Shown: positions 61,118-64,000 of the stretch, one piece after another | Layout of the letters: each line of letters opens with the position of its first letter | How positions within the stretch are numbered: the first letter of the stretch is position 1 | DNA from: Planctomycetota bacterium | GTDB lineage: Bacteria > Planctomycetota > PLA2 > JAEUHO01 | Assembly (NCBI GenBank): GCA_030066775.1 | Contig: JASJAY010000003.1 | Location: 53 to 64,052, forward strand | Direction: 5' to 3' | DNA: 64,000 bases | Made by a program: the position numbers and the translations under genes | The notes under the pieces: model-generated | What the model was told of the DNA's origin: nothing | The model's database searches: none | The model's input: only the letters and a program-made list of their open reading frames with translations

Positions 61118-62044
61118 CTAGAGCATCAGGATGGGGACGTGGCGCAGCTCCACCACGAGCGGGTATGCGAGGCCGTGCATGGCGAGCTGGTCCTCGTCCT
61201 TCGTGTTGAGCACGAGCAGGTCCACGTCGCGCGCCTCGATCACCCGGCGGTACTCCGAGAGGCGGTGGCCGACCGTGATCTGCTTCTCGACCTGGATGCC
61301 CAGCTGTTCCCCATCGAGGGCCCTCTGGCAGCTGTCGATGAAGTCGGAGGGCTCTCGGAGCAGCTGGTGCTCGATGCGCTCGCGGGCCTCGTCCGTGTCG
61401 ATCTCGGGGATCTTCGAGATCGCGTCCATGTAGCGGTCGAAGACGAAGCCGTCCTCGACGTGGCTCAGGACCAGCACGCCGCCCGGCAGCGTGAACCGCA
61501 CGGCCCAGTGGATCAGGTGATGGTCGCCGGCGAGGTGGTCGGTCATGGCCATGACGGTTCGCGTGCCGTCAACGCCGTAGACGGGCGCGGCATGCGACGC
61601 CCCCTCGCGCGCGTCGACTTCCTGGAGCGGGTGGGGGAGCAGCAGCACGGGGACGGCCGTCTCCTGGGCCAGGATGTCCACGTAGCGCCCCAGCGTGTAC
61701 GACCAGCGCCAGCCCTGGCTGTGCAGGCTGCGGTAGGTGCAGATCAGGTCGGGCGCGGTTTCGTTGATGAGCCCCAAGAGCTCGTCGACCCCGCCGTAGC
61801 GATCGCCCGGCACGAGGGTCCAGGTGACCGGCGCCTCGGCTGTGGCCGGCCCCTCGAGCGCCGCGAGGAACGCCTGCACCCGTTCCTTGAAGGTGGCGGC
61901 CTCCTGCTCGTCGAGATCCGTCAGGACCAGCACCTTTCGGATCGGGACGGCCTCGTGGCGGTAGGGCGTCTTCGCCGCGGCCTTGAACACGCTCTCGAAC
62001 TGATCGACCTTCGTCATGGGCGGAGCATAGCAAGTGGTCGCCAT
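61118..62044 (-). CDS. Tandem universal stress protein (UspA) domain protein
   Basis: It has two Usp-like halves (KVLVLTDLDE...LLLPHP and LVLSHVED...VDLLVLNTKD...VPILML). The start is either 62044 (MATT..) or 62017 (MTKV..). Confidence 0.7.
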   Translation of the reverse strand: MATTCYAPPMTKVDQFESVFKAAAKTPYRHEAVPIRKVLVLTDLDEQEAATFKERVQAFLAALEGPATAEAPVTWTLVPGDRYGGVDELLGLINETAPDLICTYRSLHSQGWRWSYTLGRYVDILAQETAVPVLLLPHPLQEVDAREGASHAAPVYGVDGTRTVMAMTDHLAGDHHLIHWAVRFTLPGGVLVLSHVEDGFVFDRYMDAISKIPEIDTDEARERIEHQLLREPSDFIDSCQRALDGEQLGIQVEKQITVGHRLSEYRRVIEARDVDLLVLNTKDEDQLAMHGLAYPLVVELRHVPILML

Positions 62045-62071
62045 CCACCTCGCCGCCTAGACTCCCGCGCC

Positions 62072-62818
62072 ATGGCGCGACACGTGCTCCTCACCGGCGC
62101 GACGGACGGCATCGGCCTCGCGATGGCGCGGCGGCTCGAGGCCGAGGGCGCGGTGCTGACGCTCGTCGGTCGCCGCCCCCTCGAGGCGCTGGACGAGGTC
62201 CTCTTCACGCCCACGACGTATTGCCGCGCCGACCTGTCCCTGCCGGACGCCGCGTCGCGGGTGGTCACCTTCCTGGAGGACCAGGGCCGGCCGCCGATCG
62301 ACCTCCTCGTGCACAACGCCGGCGTCGGCTGGTACGGCGCGGCAGAGGCCGAGGACGCGGCGCGGATCCGCACGACGCTCGATGTGAACCTCTGGGCGCC
62401 CGTGGCCCTGACCCATGCGTTGCTGCCCCACCTCGCGGAGCCGACGGCCACGATCGTCTTCGTCTCGTCGGTGCTGGCCGACCTGCCGGCACCGGAGATC
62501 GCTTGCTACGCGGCGAGCAAGGCGGCCCTCGACGGCTTCGCGCGATCCCTGCGCGTCGAGCTTGCGGGTCGCGCGCGGGTCGTCGCGGTGCACCCGGGCG
62601 GGACCGCCACGGCGATGCACGAGAAGGCGGGCGTCCCGGCGGCACAGCGCGAGCGCTTCCGCTTCCCCAGCGCAGACCGGGTGGCGGCGCGCATCCTGCG
62701 GCACGCCGAGCGGGGCCGACGCGCGCCGACGGTCGGTGCGGGGAACGCCGTCGCCCGCTTCCTCGGGCGGCACGCGACCGGCCCGCTGGACTGGGCCATG
62801 CGCCGGGGGCGCAAGTGA
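62072..62818 (+). CDS. SDR family oxidoreductase
   Basis: It starts at MARHVLLTGATDGIGLA, the TGxxxGxG motif. The catalytic YxxxK is YAASK. It forms the last 249 aa of the otherwise spurious track ORF 59750..62818. Confidence 0.8.
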   Translation: MARHVLLTGATDGIGLAMARRLEAEGAVLTLVGRRPLEALDEVLFTPTTYCRADLSLPDAASRVVTFLEDQGRPPIDLLVHNAGVGWYGAAEAEDAARIRTTLDVNLWAPVALTHALLPHLAEPTATIVFVSSVLADLPAPEIACYAASKAALDGFARSLRVELAGRARVVAVHPGGTATAMHEKAGVPAAQRERFRFPSADRVAARILRHAERGRRAPTVGAGNAVARFLGRHATGPLDWAMRRGRK

Positions 62819-63597
62819 TGCGCGTTCTCATCACCGGCGCAGCCGATGGCATCGGCAAGGCCCTCCTCGAGCTCTACGTCGCGCGGGGGGCCGAGGTCGT
62901 CGGTGTGGATGTCGACGCGGAACGCGCCGCGCCGCTCGAACACGAGCACGGCGTGACGTTCGAGCTCGTCGACCTTTCGGATCGCGAAGCCGTCGATGCG
63001 CTTGCTGCCAAGCTCGCGGAGGGGGACGCGTTCGACGTCGTGGTCCACAACGCGGGCATCAGCTGCGTCGGGCGCTTCGCCCGCTCGGACCTCGATGCAC
63101 AGCGCGCCGTGCATGCCGTGAACCTCGAAGCGCCGCTCGTGCTCACGGCCGCGCTACTCGGCACGGACCGTGTGCGCGCGGGCGGATCGATCGCGTTCGT
63201 CTCCTCGCTGTCGCATCAGGTCGGCTATCCGGGCGCCGCCGTGTACGCGGCGACGAAGGACGGGCTGGCCTCGTACGCGCGCAGCTTGAGCGTGGCGCTG
63301 GCGCCGAAGCGCATCCATGTGCTGCGCGTGTTCCCGGGGCCGACGCGCACCGTGCACGCCGCGCGCTATGCCCCCAAGGGCAGCGACGCGAGCAAGCGCA
63401 TGCCGCCCGAACGAACCGCGAAGGCGATCGTGCGCGCCATCGACCGCCGCAAGCGCGTCTGTGTACCGGGCTTCGGGACGCGCTTGATCGCCGGACTCGG
63501 ACCGAAGCTGCCGCGGCTGATGGACCGCACGATGCGCAAGGCGATCCTCGAACCCCTCGATCGAGACGCAGCCAGTAAACGTCAGCGGCGGGCGTAG
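62818..63597 (+). CDS. SDR family oxidoreductase (tandem paralogue)
   Basis: It starts at MRVLITGAADGIGKA and carries YAATK. The start overlaps the upstream stop as gTGATG. Confidence 0.8.
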   Translation: MRVLITGAADGIGKALLELYVARGAEVVGVDVDAERAAPLEHEHGVTFELVDLSDREAVDALAAKLAEGDAFDVVVHNAGISCVGRFARSDLDAQRAVHAVNLEAPLVLTAALLGTDRVRAGGSIAFVSSLSHQVGYPGAAVYAATKDGLASYARSLSVALAPKRIHVLRVFPGPTRTVHAARYAPKGSDASKRMPPERTAKAIVRAIDRRKRVCVPGFGTRLIAGLGPKLPRLMDRTMRKAILEPLDRDAASKRQRRA

Positions 63598-63995
63598 CAG
63601 GAGCTGCTGCGCGCAGCCGATGCCCATTGCCGGCGCCCGTCGCCGACCAGCTCGACGGCGTCGATCTCGTTCCAGCCGTTGACCTTGTTGGTGTCGAGCG
63701 TGAGGCGCACGGTTCGGATGCGCTCGGCGAGCGACTCGAGCGGCGGCGCGAACCAGCGCGGCGTGCCCGCAGCGCGGGCTTCCCCCTTCCAGAGCGTGAC
63801 GTAGTCACCGCCGGACATGCGCACCTCGACCTTCACGATCGCGCCCGCGTTGAAGGTCTCGTGCACGCGCACCTGCTCCGGCACGACGTCCACGGGGAAG
63901 TCGAGCTCGACCCAGACCATGCCCTCCTGCGCCTTGAGCGATGCCCACGCCGTCTGGTTGTCGCCGCCCACCGGAGTGTCCGGCTCGCCGGTCAT
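63582..63995 (-). CDS. Hypothetical protein. It may be 5'-truncated by the window end, or the 63995 start may be real.
   Basis: 137 aa ORF with reasonable composition (MTGEPDTPVGGDNQTAWASLKAQEGMVWVELDFPVDVVPEQVRVHE...). It is convergent with the SDR gene and overlaps it by 16 nt. I recognise no family. Confidence 0.35.
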   Translation of the reverse strand: MTGEPDTPVGGDNQTAWASLKAQEGMVWVELDFPVDVVPEQVRVHETFNAGAIVKVEVRMSGGDYVTLWKGEARAAGTPRWFAPPLESLAERIRTVRLTLDTNKVNGWNEIDAVELVGDGRRQWASAARSSSCYARR

Positions 63996-64000
63996 CTGCG

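Noticed and set aside
59750-62818. 1022-aa plus-strand ORF
   Set aside because: Only the last 249 aa (from MARHVLLTGA at 62072) is a real SDR. The preceding 770 aa is R/D/E/G-rich nonsense antisense to the ArsB and Usp genes.

Overview
This is a very GC-rich (~70%) bacterial chromosomal segment whose gene content resembles Myxococcota, Gemmatimonadota or Acidobacteria. It is densely packed with about 46 protein-coding genes. I found no rRNA, tRNA, CRISPR array or transposase. Real genes were separated from the many long antisense ORFs that a 70% GC genome produces by domain-level recognition of the translated products, start/stop overlaps and ribosome-binding sites.

The window runs as follows. 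It opens with a partial animal-haem-peroxidase lipoprotein on the minus strand (1..1697). An 11-gene minus-strand run follows (1895..14789): RDD, a SpoIIM-like membrane protein, DUF58, MoxR, DUF4350 and DUF4129, then a TPR/zinc-finger protein, an FGE-like protein, a J-domain protein, a hypothetical protein and a non-canonical Hsp70. Next come three paralogous giant secreted proteins built of carboxypeptidase-regulatory-like repeats, with a TlpA thioredoxin, a DinB-like protein and an anti-sigma-type kinase between them (14903..28249). VanZ, FadL and a hybrid histidine kinase follow (28250..33194). A giant 1659-aa zinc-ribbon membrane protein sits with a small zinc-ribbon partner (33293..38975).

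The most striking region is a selenoprotein cluster. GrdA has an in-frame TGA at 40691 and GrdB has one at 41308-41310, each followed by a SECIS-like hairpin, and both are flanked by GrdC-like and GrdE genes in a convergent layout that lacks GrdD and thioredoxin genes. The rest of the window carries class I aldolase, LemA and an HtpX-like peptidase, a serpin divergent from a TPR-CHAT protease, an M18 aminopeptidase, a methyltransferase, a DUF222-HNH gene, ETF-QO, rhodanese, GNAT, a Lys/Glu-rich gene preceded by a signal peptide cut off by TGA-TGA, two tandem lipoprotein paralogues, an ArsB/NhaD permease, a tandem Usp protein and two translationally coupled SDRs.

I work from a manual reading of the sequence, and my coordinates may be off by 1-2 nt relative to the ORF track in places.
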